From: Rebecca billardiae RCC1528
Taxonomy: Eukaryota; Protista; Haptophyta
DNA length: 64,000 nt
Direction of reading: 5' to 3'
Assembly (NCBI GenBank): GCA_965240325.2
Contig: OZ251225.1
Location: 372,001 to 436,000, forward strand
Shown one piece after another: positions 1-11,477 of this stretch. Positions within the stretch are counted from its first letter, which is position 1. Each line of letters begins with the position of its first letter. Under the pieces are notes generated by a model. It was not told where the DNA came from. It searched no databases and was given only the letters and a program-made list of their open reading frames with translations. Position numbers and translations under genes: made by a program.

Positions 1-1374
1 GTCCGGCCGCTCGCCCTGCTCGGTGCCGTCCGAGTCGTACGCGGTCTCAGACGCGCCGTCCAGCTCGTCCGGGTGCGGCGGCAGTTGGAACGCGGAGACG
101 AGGTCGCCGTGCACGCCGGCGGCGGGGGCGCGGCGCGGGGTGAGCGGCTCGGCGGACGCGAGCGTCGCGTGCGCCGGCGCCGCCGCGCCGCCGCCGCCGC
201 CGCCCCTCTCGCCGCCCGCGCCGGCCGGCGCGCGCCGCGTCGCCGGCCGGCACACGCGCGCGAGCGTGCGCATCAGCTTGCGCCTGGCGCGCGGCGGCAG
301 CCGCAGCTTCGAGTAGAGGGCGCGGTCGAGGATGACGGTGTTGTCGTCGAGGTGGACCTGCACGACGTCGGGCGGGATCTCGTTCGTCTCGCTCACCACG
401 TCCGGCGTCGCGCCCACCAGGAACGGCACCGGCGCCTGCAGGAAGCCAGAGAGGCGCGCGGGCAGCACGGGCACGTACACGTGCTCCCACGCGAGCGGGA
501 ACAGCAGCCCGACCAGGCTCTCGCACGCCATGGTGAGGACGTGCGTGTGCGCGGAGAGGAGGAGGAGCTTCTGCTCGGCCAGCAGCAGCGCCCACACGCT
601 CACCAGGTTGTGCGCGTCGAGGCACTTGGTCACCACCAGCCAGTCGGACGCGCTCGCGAGCGACCGCGGGAAGTCGAGGGGCGCGGGGCTGGGCGACTCG
701 ATGCGGAGGCCGCCGAGCGAGAGGGTGGTGGGCTCGCCCGGCGGCGCGATGCGCGCGTCGAGCGCGGGCTGCACGTGCGCCGGCTTCAGCGGCTTCATCC
801 CCTCCGTGATGTGCATCCGGTACAGGTAGCGGCAGCACTCGGTGAGCAGCTCGAACGCGGGCACGCGCGAGATGAGGCACACGCACTGCTGCGCGTACAC
901 CTCGTCCGCGTGCGCGCGCTCGGTGGGGTCGCCGATGAAGCGGCGGACGATCTCGGGGTCGAGCGCGTCCATCCACGTGATGCACACGCCGTACACGCGC
1001 GTGCGGTCGCCCGTCGTCAGCACGAACGAGTTGGTGACTGGGATCGGGTTCTGCTGGTGCTCGGCGAGCGTCGCGAGCTGGATGCCGTTCGGGAAGCAGA
1101 ACTCCGCGCAGTCGGCGGGGAACGGGGTGCTCGGGCGGTCCGCCGCGGGCGTGCGCGACGTGATCTGCGGCTCGAAGCGGTCGTCTGGCCGCGGGAACGT
1201 GCGGTGTGGCGACGGCGGCACGAGCGGAGCGCCGGCCGGCGGCGATGAGCGCGGCGGTGGCGGCGGCGGCTGCATGTGCGACCCCATCGCGCGCAGCGGG
1301 ATGAGCCGCGACCCGACACCAGCCTCGATGTAGTACTCCACGATGTTCCGACCGACCCACCATTCGTCTGGCAT
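1..1374 (-). CDS. DENN domain protein (Rab GEF family), 5' part; runs off the window edge
   Basis: Manual translation from ATG 1374 (absent from the ORF track because it has no stop in the window): MPDEWWVGRNIVEYYIEAG...CAEFCFPNGI...SFVLTTGDRTRVYGVCI...CVCLISRVP...LLLAEQKLLLLS...LLFPLAWEHVYVPVLP...LQAPVPFLVG. These are uDENN/cDENN motifs. Confidence 0.9.
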   Translation of the reverse strand, partial: MPDEWWVGRNIVEYYIEAGVGSRLIPLRAMGSHMQPPPPPPRSSPPAGAPLVPPSPHRTFPRPDDRFEPQITSRTPAADRPSTPFPADCAEFCFPNGIQLATLAEHQQNPIPVTNSFVLTTGDRTRVYGVCITWMDALDPEIVRRFIGDPTERAHADEVYAQQCVCLISRVPAFELLTECCRYLYRMHITEGMKPLKPAHVQPALDARIAPPGEPTTLSLGGLRIESPSPAPLDFPRSLASASDWLVVTKCLDAHNLVSVWALLLAEQKLLLLSAHTHVLTMACESLVGLLFPLAWEHVYVPVLPARLSGFLQAPVPFLVGATPDVVSETNEIPPDVVQVHLDDNTVILDRALYSKLRLPPRARRKLMRTLARVCRPATRRAPAGAGGERGGGGGGAAAPAHATLASAEPLTPRRAPAAGVHGDLVSAFQLPPHPDELDGASETAYDSDGTEQGERPD

Positions 1375-1633
1375 CGTCGCACGCCGCCGCCACGCGTTTT
1401 TGCGGACGCGCCGCCGCGCCTTGGGTCGGCCTGCAAGATGGCAGCGGGCCAGCCCGGCGGCCACAGCAGTGTGAAGTCCTTGCCTGCCAAGTGCAAGTGC
1501 ACAGGCAAAGTCCGGCTGCTGGTCCGTCCGGCTGCCGTAGAAAACCAAATCGAGGCGAAATAAAATAATCGGAAATTCATCCGGCCGTCTTCATCTCATC
1601 GACACCCCACCCATCCGCGACGTGGCCGCCAGC

Positions 1634-3028
1634 ATGGAGGAGATCCTGCGCCTGCAGCGCGAGCTCGCGGAGGTGCAGCAGACATCGGCGCAGCTCAAGC
1701 TGTCGGAGCCGAACGTCGTGGAGATCGTCTCCAAGCTCATCCAGGCCGGCAAGCTCAAGCTCATCTTCACGCAGAACGGCAAGGAGTACCTCACGCACGA
1801 GCAGCTGCTGTCCGAGCTCGAGGACGAGGTGCTCGCACACGGCGGCCGCGCCAACCTGTCCGAGCTGCAGCCCACGCTCAACGTCGACCTCACGTACATC
1901 GAGCAGGCGGCGAGGCAGCTGCTCGAGAAGGACCCGAGCGCGCAGCTGCTGCAGGGCGAGATCCTCACCGAGTGGTACCTCGACGGCGTCGCCGAGCAGA
2001 TCAACTCGCTGCTGCAGCAGTCCGGCCGGCTGGCCGTGTCCGAGCTGGCGATGGACTTCCGCTTCAGCATGGACTTCATGTCCGCCCTGGTCGCAAAGCA
2101 CCTCGACCGCGGCACCATCGTCGCGCAGCTCGCGGCGGGCACGCTGTACACGCCCGCGTACGTGCTGCGGCACGCGGCGCAGATGCGCGGCGCGCTGACG
2201 GCGCTCGTGCAGCCCACGCCGCTCGCCGAGCTGCAGGAGACGCACAAGCTGAACGCCTCGCTGGTGCAGAGCACGCTGGCCGAGCTCGTCGACGGCGCCC
2301 ACGTCGCCGGCGCGCTCCAGGCCGCGGGCTTCGTCCCGTCCGTCTTCGAGTGCGTGCAGGCCGCGTCGGTCGATGCCTTCTTTGCGGCCAACGGCTGGGT
2401 CGAGTACCGGATGGTGAGCCGGCTGCAGATCCCCAACCCGCGGCGGTACCTGGCGCAGAGGCACCCGGGCGGCGTGGAGCTGGAGAGCTGCTACGTCTCC
2501 GCCGCGATGGTCGAGCGCATCGAGGGTCTCGTCGACGAGTGCGCCGCGGCGGGCACGATGGTGGAGGTCGGGGGCGTCGTGCCCGCCAGCTTCTCGGCAG
2601 AGGACGCGGCGGCCGTGCTCGCAAAGTGCCGCGGCGCGCTCGCCAAGGGCGAGGTGAAGCTGGTGGGGGACGGCGCGTGGCTGGTGAGCGCCGGCCTGCT
2701 GGACACGTGCGCCAAGTCGATCGTCGAGCGCGAGGAGGCGCGCAGCCGCGACGCCGCGGCGTCCGGCGGCGTGCTGCCCACCGCGGTCGTGAGCACGCTA
2801 GACGCGGACGAGGACGAGGCCGTGATCATCAGCACGTCGCTGCCGCACCCGCCCAAGCGGGGCGGCGGCGAGGAGGCGGGGGGCGCGCGCTCGAAGCGCG
2901 GCGGGAAGGGGAAGAAGGGCAAGCGGCGCGGCGACGACGACGACGACGATGACGACGACGACGCCGCCATCGAGGCCATGCTGCCGAGCACCGGCGGCAA
3001 GGCGGCGCGCAAGGGCGCGGCGAAGCGA

Positions 3029-3061
<33 letters not shown>

Positions 3062-4252
3062 TCCAAGGCGCGCGCCGCCGACGGCGCGGACGAGGGCGAC
3101 GAGGCAGCCGCGGCGGGCGGCGCGCGGGGGCGGCGCGAGGAGAAGGGCGCGGAGGAGACGACCGCCCTCGCCGCGCACCTGCACGCCGCCCTCGGCCTCG
3201 ACGAGGAGCAGGCTGAGGTGCTCGCCTCTGAGCTCGTGGGCAGGGTGTTCGAGGCACGCGCCCAGCTTGCGAGGCAGGCGCAGCTCGCGAGCGCGACTTC
3301 GTCCAAGAAGCGGCAGCAGGCGCTGCAGGAGGCGGTGCAGGCGGACGGCGGCACGCTCCAGCTCCTCGCGCGCGCGGTCAGCGCCCTCGGCGCCGACGCC
3401 ACCCTGCCGCTCGACGACGCCGACGTCGCCGCCCTGTGCAAGGCCGTGCTGGCCGGCAAGGGCGCCGCGCTCGCGGCTAACGTGACCGAGTCCGAGCTGC
3501 TGCACCAGCACATGGAGGTGCCCAGCGGCCTCGGCACGGACGGGGACGGGCGGAAGCGCGCGCTCGGGCGGCTGCGCGACGGAGCGGCCAAGGCCGCGCT
3601 CACGCGGCTGTGGACGAGCGCCTCGGCCAAGGCGCCCACCAGCGCGGCCGTCGACTCGTTTGTGAGCGCGCTGGGCGAGGCGTGTGAGGCGTGCTCGCTG
3701 CACTGGGCGCCGCTCGACAAGAAGAAGGAGAAGGTGCTGCTGCTGCGCGCGCGCACGCACGCGCGCGCAGAGCGTGTGCACAGCCGCGCCGCCGGCCGCT
3801 CACACCGCGCGCTCAGCCGCGCGCCCTCCCATTCCGCGCATGCACCGCCGCGCGGCAGGCGTTGCTGGCCGGGGTGCGCGCGGCCGCCCGGGCGAGCCTC
3901 GAGCAGGAGAGCGAGCCGCTGCGCGTGCTGCTGCTGGTGTGCGGCCCTGCGTGCGCGCGCGCGCGCGCCGCCTCGCTCGCCGTTTGGGCCGCTCACGCGC
4001 CTCGCCCGCGCGGCCGACCGCCCGCAGGCCCTGGAGACCCTGGCGTGCGAGCTGTGCAGCATGCTCGTGCCCGCGACGCGCGAGACGGCGGCGGCGCTCG
4101 TCAAGGCGCTCGGCGCCAAGCTGCCGGAGCCGGCGGCGCAGGCCTTGGCGGCGTACGCCGAGCTCGTGCTCGGGGGGCAGAGCGCGACGGAGGAGGCGGC
4201 GGCAGCCGTGAAGCGCATCGCGCTGACCAAGGAGGCGAGGAGTGCAGCCTGA
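1634..4252 (+). CDS. UFL1: E3 UFM1-protein ligase 1; introns about 3734-3858 and 3937-4027
   Basis: N-terminus MEEILRLQRELAEVQ...KLSEPNVVEIVSKL...LIFTQNGKEYLT...EVLAHGGRANL is typical of UFL1; central K/G/D-rich segment; two GT...CAG introns restore a clean frame. Confidence 0.9.
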
Positions 4253-4779
4253 CGGCCAACCACCAGCCCGCTGCTGGCCGGCTGCTGTCGTCACAGTGAC
4301 TCTTCATGATTCTTGTCAAAGGGTCCGCCACGATTTCTCAGGAGTGCTCGCGGGCCACATGGGTCACACGGTACCGACCCCGACTCCCGATGAGTCAGCA
4401 TCAACATCGAGACGTATATACTAATAACTTATTGATATACGGGTAAGCTGCGCTCAGAGCGATATGACTACTGTGAGGAGCCTACGTTATACGTCTCAGG
4501 TGACGACGGCCGGCCGGCGCCCGGCCGGGGCCGCCGGGGGTGTCCTCCCGTCAGGCGAGCGCCGCCGGCGAGTCCTAAGTTAACTAATTAACTTGGCTGC
4601 TAAGCGGTCGTAGATCCAGCGCGCGACGAGTGGTGATTGGTGATGATGCTGATGGTGGTGTGACGCGCCCGCCCGCCTGCGCAGCCGTCTCTCGTGAGGC
4701 GCGTGAGTCGGTCGTGTGGGAGACGCCGGCGCAGCAGGTGACGGTGGCAGCAGCGCGTCGAGCGTGCCGCTGAGCAGAT

Positions 4780-6972
4780 TCAGACGTTCAGGCCGCCGGA
4801 GCGGCCTCCGCGCCCGGCAAAGGGCGCGGAGTTCGAGGCCTCGGCCGGCTTTGACGTCGGCACGAACGGTACCTTGGTGTCTGGGCTCGAGCCCTTGCGC
4901 CCAGTCCTGCACGCGCGAGGGGCGCGGCGCGGCGCGGGTGCGGGGAGCGTCGTCAGGTGGAGGCGCTGCGCGCGCCACCGGGCGCGCCGGCCGCGCGCGC
5001 ACCGTGCGACGGCCACTGCCTTGTACACCGAGACGAGCAGGAGCACACTCGCACCCACCAAGTTGGTCTTGGCCCACCACGAGCCCACGCCGACGGAGAG
5101 CGGGCCGAGCAGCGAGGACGGGTCGAGCGCGAGCTTGAAGATGCCGTCTGAGCCGGAGATGAGGCCGAGTGCCGCCTGGAAGCAGAGGCCAGTCACGCGG
5201 CACTGCAGCCACAGCTCCGACATCCGCTTCCGGGCGGAGTACGCGGCGCACGCGAGCAGCACGAGCAGCTGTGCGACGGTGGTGTGCGACTGGATGGTGT
5301 AGAGGAAGCACAGGTGGGCGGACGAGTACAGGACCATCCACGCGAGCGGCAGGCCGACGAGCAGCGCGTGGCCCTCGCCCACGTCCACGCTCCACATGCG
5401 CGTCACGCGCCCGCCGCGCGGCTTGGCCGACGGCGCGGCCGGCAGCGGCAGCAGCGGCACGAGCACGATCAGCGCGACGCCGTTGTAGAGCGCGTGCGCG
5501 GCGTGCGAGCCGAAGAAGTCGCGGACCTGCTCGATGCCGTTCGCGCGGCCCATCGCGATCTGCTGCGTCGCCTCGATCAGCAGCAGCAGCGCGACCACGA
5601 CCCACACGCACCACAGCGGCGCCGCGCTGTGCACGAGCACGCGCCGCACGAGCGCGGGCGCGCTCGTGCTCACGTGCATCTGCGCGAGGCGCACCGCGGT
5701 GACGAGCGCCAGCGGCGCGATGCCGAGGACGCCCCGGATCCAGAGCGACGCGTCGCGCGCCTCGGGGGCGGCGGAGAAGTACCACCACGGAGACTGCACG
5801 CGCCGCGCGGCGGGCCAGGGAGGGCCGAGGTGAGCGGCGCGGCGCGCGCTCGAGCCGTCGGGCCGCGGGGCGCGCGCGCGCGCGCGGCAGGAGAGCACGC
5901 CGGCGCACACCGTGAGCACAGCGAGCGCGACCAGCACCGTCGCGGTGTGCGCCGAGTGCGCCACGCCCTCGAGCAGCTGCCACAAGATGTACACCCAGCC
6001 CGCCGCGAAGAGCAGCGCCGTGTGCCAGCCGGGCGCGCTCAGGCTGTCGTACGGCTGCACGTCAGCGTCTCCGACCAGCGCGGCCGCGGCCGCGGCCATC
6101 TCGGCAGCCGGCTTGTCGAAGATGCTCCGGATCCAGGCGCCGAGGCTGCCGAGGCCGCCGTGCTCCTCCGGCTCGCCCGGCCCCGGCGGCATGGCGAGCG
6201 CGATGATCACGCAGACGATGGCGCCGAGGAGGGCGAGGAAGCACAGCGCCGCGCCCACGCTGAGCGCGATGCGCATCGGGCCGGAGAGCGGCCTGCGCGA
6301 CTGGTCCACCACCAGCCGATCTTGCGAGTCGGAGCGGTCCATCTGCTTGGAGAGGAGCGAGAGCGAGTCCGCCGGCAGCGAGCCCGACGCCCTGCGCTGG
6401 ACCCGCCTCGAGCGGCCCTCGTCGTCCACGTCGGGCGGAGGCAGCACGACTGACTTCTTGCGCCCGGGAGGCGGGCCGGACGCGCCGTCGTGCGGGTAGG
6501 GTGCGGACATCGACGAGAAGCCCGGGCTCGTAGAGCGCGAGTTTGGCGCGCCTGGGCTCACTGGGCGCGCGCCAGGGCTCACCGGACGCGCGCCGGGGCT
6601 CACCGGACGCGCGCCCGCGCCTGCTGACGGGTAGCCGTTGCTTGGCGGCGCGCCGCCATCGGTCGTGGAGATGCCGGGCGGCCGCCTGGTCGCGCTGTTC
6701 GAGCGCGGGCGCGACTGGCCGTAGCCAGACGATCGCACGTTGGCGTACCGCGGGGGCGCATTCGCCGCCCCGTTCGGTGGGCTGCTGCCGCGCGCGTACG
6801 CTGTGCGTGCGGGCGGCTGGAACTGCGAGCGGCCGCGCGCCGCCGACGGCGAGGTGCTGCGCGCGGGCGATGACGCACGAGGGGCGGCATTGCGGGCGGG
6901 AGAACGACGTCGGGGCTCGCTCCCGTCGCGCAGCATGTCCGCCGGCACCGCCGGCCCGAGCGGGGTTGGCAT
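4780..6972 (-). CDS. Multi-pass membrane protein with a disordered Pro/Ser-rich N-terminus; C-terminal part possibly DUF5692-like
   Basis: Long ORF with likely ATG at 6972 (MPTPLGP), GARPVSP x3, and about 8-10 hydrophobic segments with LIEA, WMVLYSSAHLCFLY and LWLQCRV motifs. Family call is tentative. Confidence 0.65.
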   Translation of the reverse strand: MPTPLGPAVPADMLRDGSEPRRRSPARNAAPRASSPARSTSPSAARGRSQFQPPARTAYARGSSPPNGAANAPPRYANVRSSGYGQSRPRSNSATRRPPGISTTDGGAPPSNGYPSAGAGARPVSPGARPVSPGARPVSPGAPNSRSTSPGFSSMSAPYPHDGASGPPPGRKKSVVLPPPDVDDEGRSRRVQRRASGSLPADSLSLLSKQMDRSDSQDRLVVDQSRRPLSGPMRIALSVGAALCFLALLGAIVCVIIALAMPPGPGEPEEHGGLGSLGAWIRSIFDKPAAEMAAAAAALVGDADVQPYDSLSAPGWHTALLFAAGWVYILWQLLEGVAHSAHTATVLVALAVLTVCAGVLSCRARARAPRPDGSSARRAAHLGPPWPAARRVQSPWWYFSAAPEARDASLWIRGVLGIAPLALVTAVRLAQMHVSTSAPALVRRVLVHSAAPLWCVWVVVALLLLIEATQQIAMGRANGIEQVRDFFGSHAAHALYNGVALIVLVPLLPLPAAPSAKPRGGRVTRMWSVDVGEGHALLVGLPLAWMVLYSSAHLCFLYTIQSHTTVAQLLVLLACAAYSARKRMSELWLQCRVTGLCFQAALGLISGSDGIFKLALDPSSLLGPLSVGVGSWWAKTNLVGASVLLLVSVYKAVAVARCARGRRARWRAQRLHLTTLPAPAPRRAPRACRTGRKGSSPDTKVPFVPTSKPAEASNSAPFAGRGGRSGGLNV

Positions 6973-7211
6973 CGCTCCTCGATGACAGCACGAGCGATTG
7001 ACTGTTTCGAGCCCCTCTCGTGCGATGCGTCCGTGCGGGTCGCGCGCTGCAGCTTCAAGCTGTTGAAAATCAGGCCAAATTTTGGGCGGCCGAACGAATG
7101 TCGGAGTCGGACGAATGTTGGGCTGCAAACGTCCGGGCCGGGCCGGGGCGTGCCGCGTGCGTGCGTCCCCGGACTTTCTAGCCGGGCAGTCATCATTTTT
7201 GACTCGCCGAG

Positions 7212-9669
7212 ATGGCGGCCGGCATGCTGCGGGACATGTACAACGAGCGCGAGCGGCGGCGATACCTGATGCGTCGGCTGCGGCGCAAGCTCGCCCTGTG
7301 GTGCTTCATCACGCTCATCGGCGTGTGCGCCGCGGGCGCATCGCTCGGCGCGGACCTCCTCATCTCGTGGCTCTACTCGCTCCGGCTGTCGCTGCCAGCG
7401 CATCTGAGCACGTCGCCGCTGCTCGGCCGAGCAGTGTGGACGGTGCTGCTGAGCATGCTCTCGCACGCGTGCGTGCGCGCGTGTCCCGAGGCCGCGGGCT
7501 CAGGCATCCCCGAGCTGAAGCTCATCCTCTCCGCCTCGCCCACGGACTCGATGCTCGCCTATCTCTCGCTGCGCACGGCCGTCGCCAAGTTTGTGGGCTT
7601 GGTGTTTGCGAAGAGCGCCGGGCTCTCGATCGGGCGCGAGGGGCCGTTCGTGCATATCTCGTGCTGCATCGCGATGCTCCTCGCGCCGCCGATGCTGAAA
7701 GCTGACACGAGCATGCTCTCGGCCGTCCTGCGCGCCGCCTCGGCCGCGGGCGTTTCGTTCTCGTTTGGCGCGCCGATCGGGGGCCTGCTCTTTGCAGCCG
7801 AGGTGAGCGTGACGTACTTCCGCGTCTCGCACCTGCCGCACGCGCTGCTGTGCGCGCTCTCGGGTCTGCTCGCCGTCTCCTGGGTCAACTACGGCTCGCT
7901 CGCGCCCTTCCACTCGCAGGACGTCAAGCCCGCGCGCATGATCTCGCCGCTCGAGACGGCGACCATCGTCGGGCTCGGGCTCGTGTGCGGCGCGCTCGCC
8001 GTGGGGTTCAACCTGGCGGTGCGCGAGCTGCTGCAGCTGCGCTCGGAGCTGCTCGTGACGTACCGCTCCGAGCTCGTCGCGGTGCTCAGCGTCGCCGTCC
8101 TCACCACGCTCGTCACGTGCAGCTACTCACCGCTGCACCTGCTCGAGCTGCCGCCCGCCCAGCTGGTGCCGAGGATCCTGGCCGGGCTGATGACGCCGGA
8201 GGAGGCGGCGGCGGCGGAGGCGGCGAGCGGGGGCGCGGGGAGCGTGCCGCCGCCGGTGACGGAGCCCCTGCTCACGGGGCACTGGCGCGCCCTCGGCTGG
8301 CTCACCGCGTGCCTGGCCAAGCTCGTGATCACCGCGCTCACCATCGTCCTGCCCATCCCGTGTGGCATGGTGCGGCGCACGCGACACGCGTGCCGCACGT
8401 CGCCCCACGCGCCCTCGCGCGGCCGCTGCGACGCGCGCGTGCCCGCCCAGCCGCCCGCGCCCGCGCCTGCCCTCGGCCGCTCCCCCCACGCACCACGCCC
8501 CGCAGTTCATCCCGACCTTTGTCGCAGGCGGGCTGGCCGGGCTGTGCTGGGGCGAGCTCGCGCAGCTCATGCCGCTGGCGACCGATCGGGATCCGGCGGC
8601 CTTTGCCCTGCTGGGCGCGGCGGCGCTCACGGGCAGCGTCACCGGGACGATCTCCACCGCGGTGATCGCGCTCGAGCTCACCGGCCTCGGCGCCTCGGAG
8701 GCGACGCCGCTCACGCTCTGCTGCGTCTTTGCCAACGCGCTGCGCGGCCTCTACTGCCCCTCCGTGTACGACATCATCGCCAGGCACCGCCACCTGGCGG
8801 GCCACGTGCTGCTCACGCGCCGCACGACGACGCAGGGCTGGCAGAACGCCGGCTCCGGCGTGCTCGTCCACGCGCGTGCCGAGGACATCGTGTCCACGCT
8901 GTCCAACGGCCTGCCCATCCCAGTGCTCCACGAGCTAACACCGCTGGGCGAGCTGGCCGCGGCCGCGAGCGCGTGCTGCGCGGGCGGCGTGGTGCGCGTG
9001 CCCGTGGTGAGGCAGCTGAGCGCCGCGAGCGCTGCAGCCGGGGGTGGTGCCGTTGCGCACGCCGAGGGCCACAATCCGCCGCCCTCGCCCGTGCCGCCGC
9101 CCGTGGAGACACGCGCGCGCGATCCGCACCGGCAGCGGCTGCTCGGCTCGATCGACGCGCACCGCCTGCGCGCCTACTGCACAGCCGTCGCGCGCGCCGG
9201 AGGGCTCGAGCCGTCCGCGCCCGGCGACGGCGAGCCGACGCCCGAGCAGCTGCTCGAGGGTGTCAACCTCTTCAGCGCGCACGACCGCCACGGCCGGCTG
9301 CTCGACACGACGCCCTTCGTGGTGCACCCGGACCTGGCCATGCGCCACGTGGTGAACATATTCCAGATGCTCGACGCGGCTCAGCTCTTTGTCGTCTCGG
9401 GAGAGCGGTACGTTGGCACAATCACCAAGGAGGGCATCTCGCTGCTGCTCGCGCAAAGCCTGGGGGAGACGGGCTCGATCTCGCGTGACCTGAGCCGAGC
9501 GAGAAACAACAGCATCATCGCCCACGCCGTAGACGACGATGGCGTGACTGGACCCCAGCATGTCGACGGGGGCAGCAGCGCCGCAGCACGGAGCCTGCTG
9601 GCGGTACCCCTCCTCACGGGCTCGGCTGAGCGGCGTGGTGAAGTGTCAGCGGTGCGGGACCGGGTCTGA
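7212..9669 (+). CDS. CLC chloride channel family protein with C-terminal CBS region; intron 8370-8505
   Basis: GSGIPE, GREGP, FGAPIGGLLFAAEV, PCGM|FIP (GxFxP formed across the splice junction), SVYDII, and CBS-like TPFVVHPD...YVGTITK. Confidence 0.93.
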
Positions 9670-9961
9670 TCTGATTGCCGCGGATGCTGCCTGGCATTGC
9701 TGTGCGCCTGATGCTGATGCTGATGATAATATAATATACGCGCAGCATAACGGCAGCATTGTGGCATTTGTGGCGACGCCGGCGCAGACCGCATTGTTAT
9801 TTGTTGGCGGTCGATAGCTACAGCACCGTCCAGCAGTAATCAAATATCGCGTCATAATGCGCAGTAGTATCGTACGCTAGTGGTGTGACAATCTTCGGAG
9901 TAGTCGCCGATCGCAGCCTCAGAGTAACTCGCGATGCAACTCTTTGGCGAGACTGAACGGC

Positions 9962-10717
9962 TCATGCCGACGCCGCCGCACCGATGGCGAAGCCGAGAGT
10001 GGGCTGCTGCCACGTCGACAAGTCGACGCCGTCGTCGTGTGGGGCGTATGAAGGGTCGGTGGAGATGACCTTGCGGTGGTAGCGATTGGGCACCAAGCCG
10101 AGCGTCTCTTCCTTCCAGTGCGGCACGTCCCAGTGGGGCAGCGCCTCGTACCCGAGAGACTTGTACAAGCCGAGGGCAGCCGAATTGCGGCCATCGACGT
10201 GGAGGTAGAGCTCGCCATCGCCCCACACTTCGCTCGCGATCACTTCGCACACCTGCATCAGCGCGCGGGCGATGCCGCGCTGCCGATGCTCCTGCTGCAC
10301 GGCCAGGTTGCAGATGTAAGGCACAAACGTCTCGCCCGCCGGGAAGGCCTTTGGCCGGAAATTCCCTGGCACGCGTCCGTTGCGAGGCTGGATGGAGAGC
10401 TCGGCCACGGCGACGAGGTCGGTGGGCTGGTGCTCAACAGGCGTCACGCCAATCACCAGTGAGCCCCGGTCGTCGCGTTGGATCCCGCCGTACTTCAGCC
10501 TTGGCCCCATGCGCGCGCGCAAGGCGTTGTTGATCAGCTCGACTCGGTGCGGCCCTTCTCTTGCGCCGTCGAAGAAGCACGAGCTGATGACTGTAGATGC
10601 TGCCAGCGCCTCGTTCGCCCCCACCTGCCCCACGTGATACCCGCGCACGCCTAGCGGCACGCCGATGTCGGCCAGCGCCGGCGAGGCGAGCGCAAGGACC
10701 AGCGCCCCAAGCGGCAT
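9962..10717 (-). CDS. GNAT N-acetyltransferase with N-terminal signal/targeting peptide
   Basis: YICNLAVQQEHRQRGIARALM (acetyl-CoA-binding motif A) and LYLHVDGRNSAALGLYKSLGY; likely start MPLGALVLALAS at 10717. Confidence 0.88.
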   Translation of the reverse strand: MPLGALVLALASPALADIGVPLGVRGYHVGQVGANEALAASTVISSCFFDGAREGPHRVELINNALRARMGPRLKYGGIQRDDRGSLVIGVTPVEHQPTDLVAVAELSIQPRNGRVPGNFRPKAFPAGETFVPYICNLAVQQEHRQRGIARALMQVCEVIASEVWGDGELYLHVDGRNSAALGLYKSLGYEALPHWDVPHWKEETLGLVPNRYHRKVISTDPSYAPHDDGVDLSTWQQPTLGFAIGAAASA

Positions 10718-11000
10718 CCCCGCGATACGCCGGTCCGCTTGCAGCCTGATGTGTCCAGAATCAGCCACCGATCCGCCCGGGAGCAGTCCGGGTGCCAGGG
10801 GCCCCGGATGGGCGGATGCACACACTTTCCGCACTTGCTTGCCCCTGCACTGGAGCCTGTCTGGTACGCTCCTCCGGACTGCGCCGCCATCGTTACTCGG
10901 CGGGCACAGCACTCGCGTGAAGCGAGTGCCATGGCGGAGAGTACCAGCCAGCACTGGAGCACACGCACCGGAAGCAGAAGATGAGAAGACTGTGTACTGC

Positions 11001-11297
11001 GGCGTCGCTCACAGCGCAGGCAGGTGTTTGGCGTGGCTGCACTCTCGAGGTGGCTGGGATACAACATCCAGGTGCAGCACCCTCCCCGTGTGGTGTCAGA
11101 GCGCGCTCTCGAGCGCGTGCCTCCGAGCGCGGGGCGGCCGCTTTCAGCTTGCTGCAATGGCCGCCTCGATGAAGTGCGGCAACGCGCCCCTCACCTGCCT
11201 GCGCCGGTCTGTTTGTGGCGGTGTCTTTGTGCAGTGTTAGATGGCGTCAATCACGCCTAGCCAAGTGTGCACGTTAAATCATCATAGTAAACTGTAC
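11001..11297 (+). repeat. About 295-bp dispersed repeat, copy 1 (inverted copy at 40415-40703)
   Basis: Near-identical to the reverse complement of 40415-40703, with a few substitutions and indels. Confidence 0.9.
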
Positions 11298-11477
11298 GCG
11301 CTTGTTGATTTGTTGATCCTACAAGTCCTTGGTTGCTCAGTCCCACTGGTTGAACGATGAAAGTGAGCAGTCCCGCCCGCGCCGTCGCGCAGTGCGCCCA
11401 ATCCGCCCATGCTGAGTCGGCTTGCGACACTCGATCCGCCGCCTACTCACGTCCGCGAGACCACGCCAGGAGCAAGC

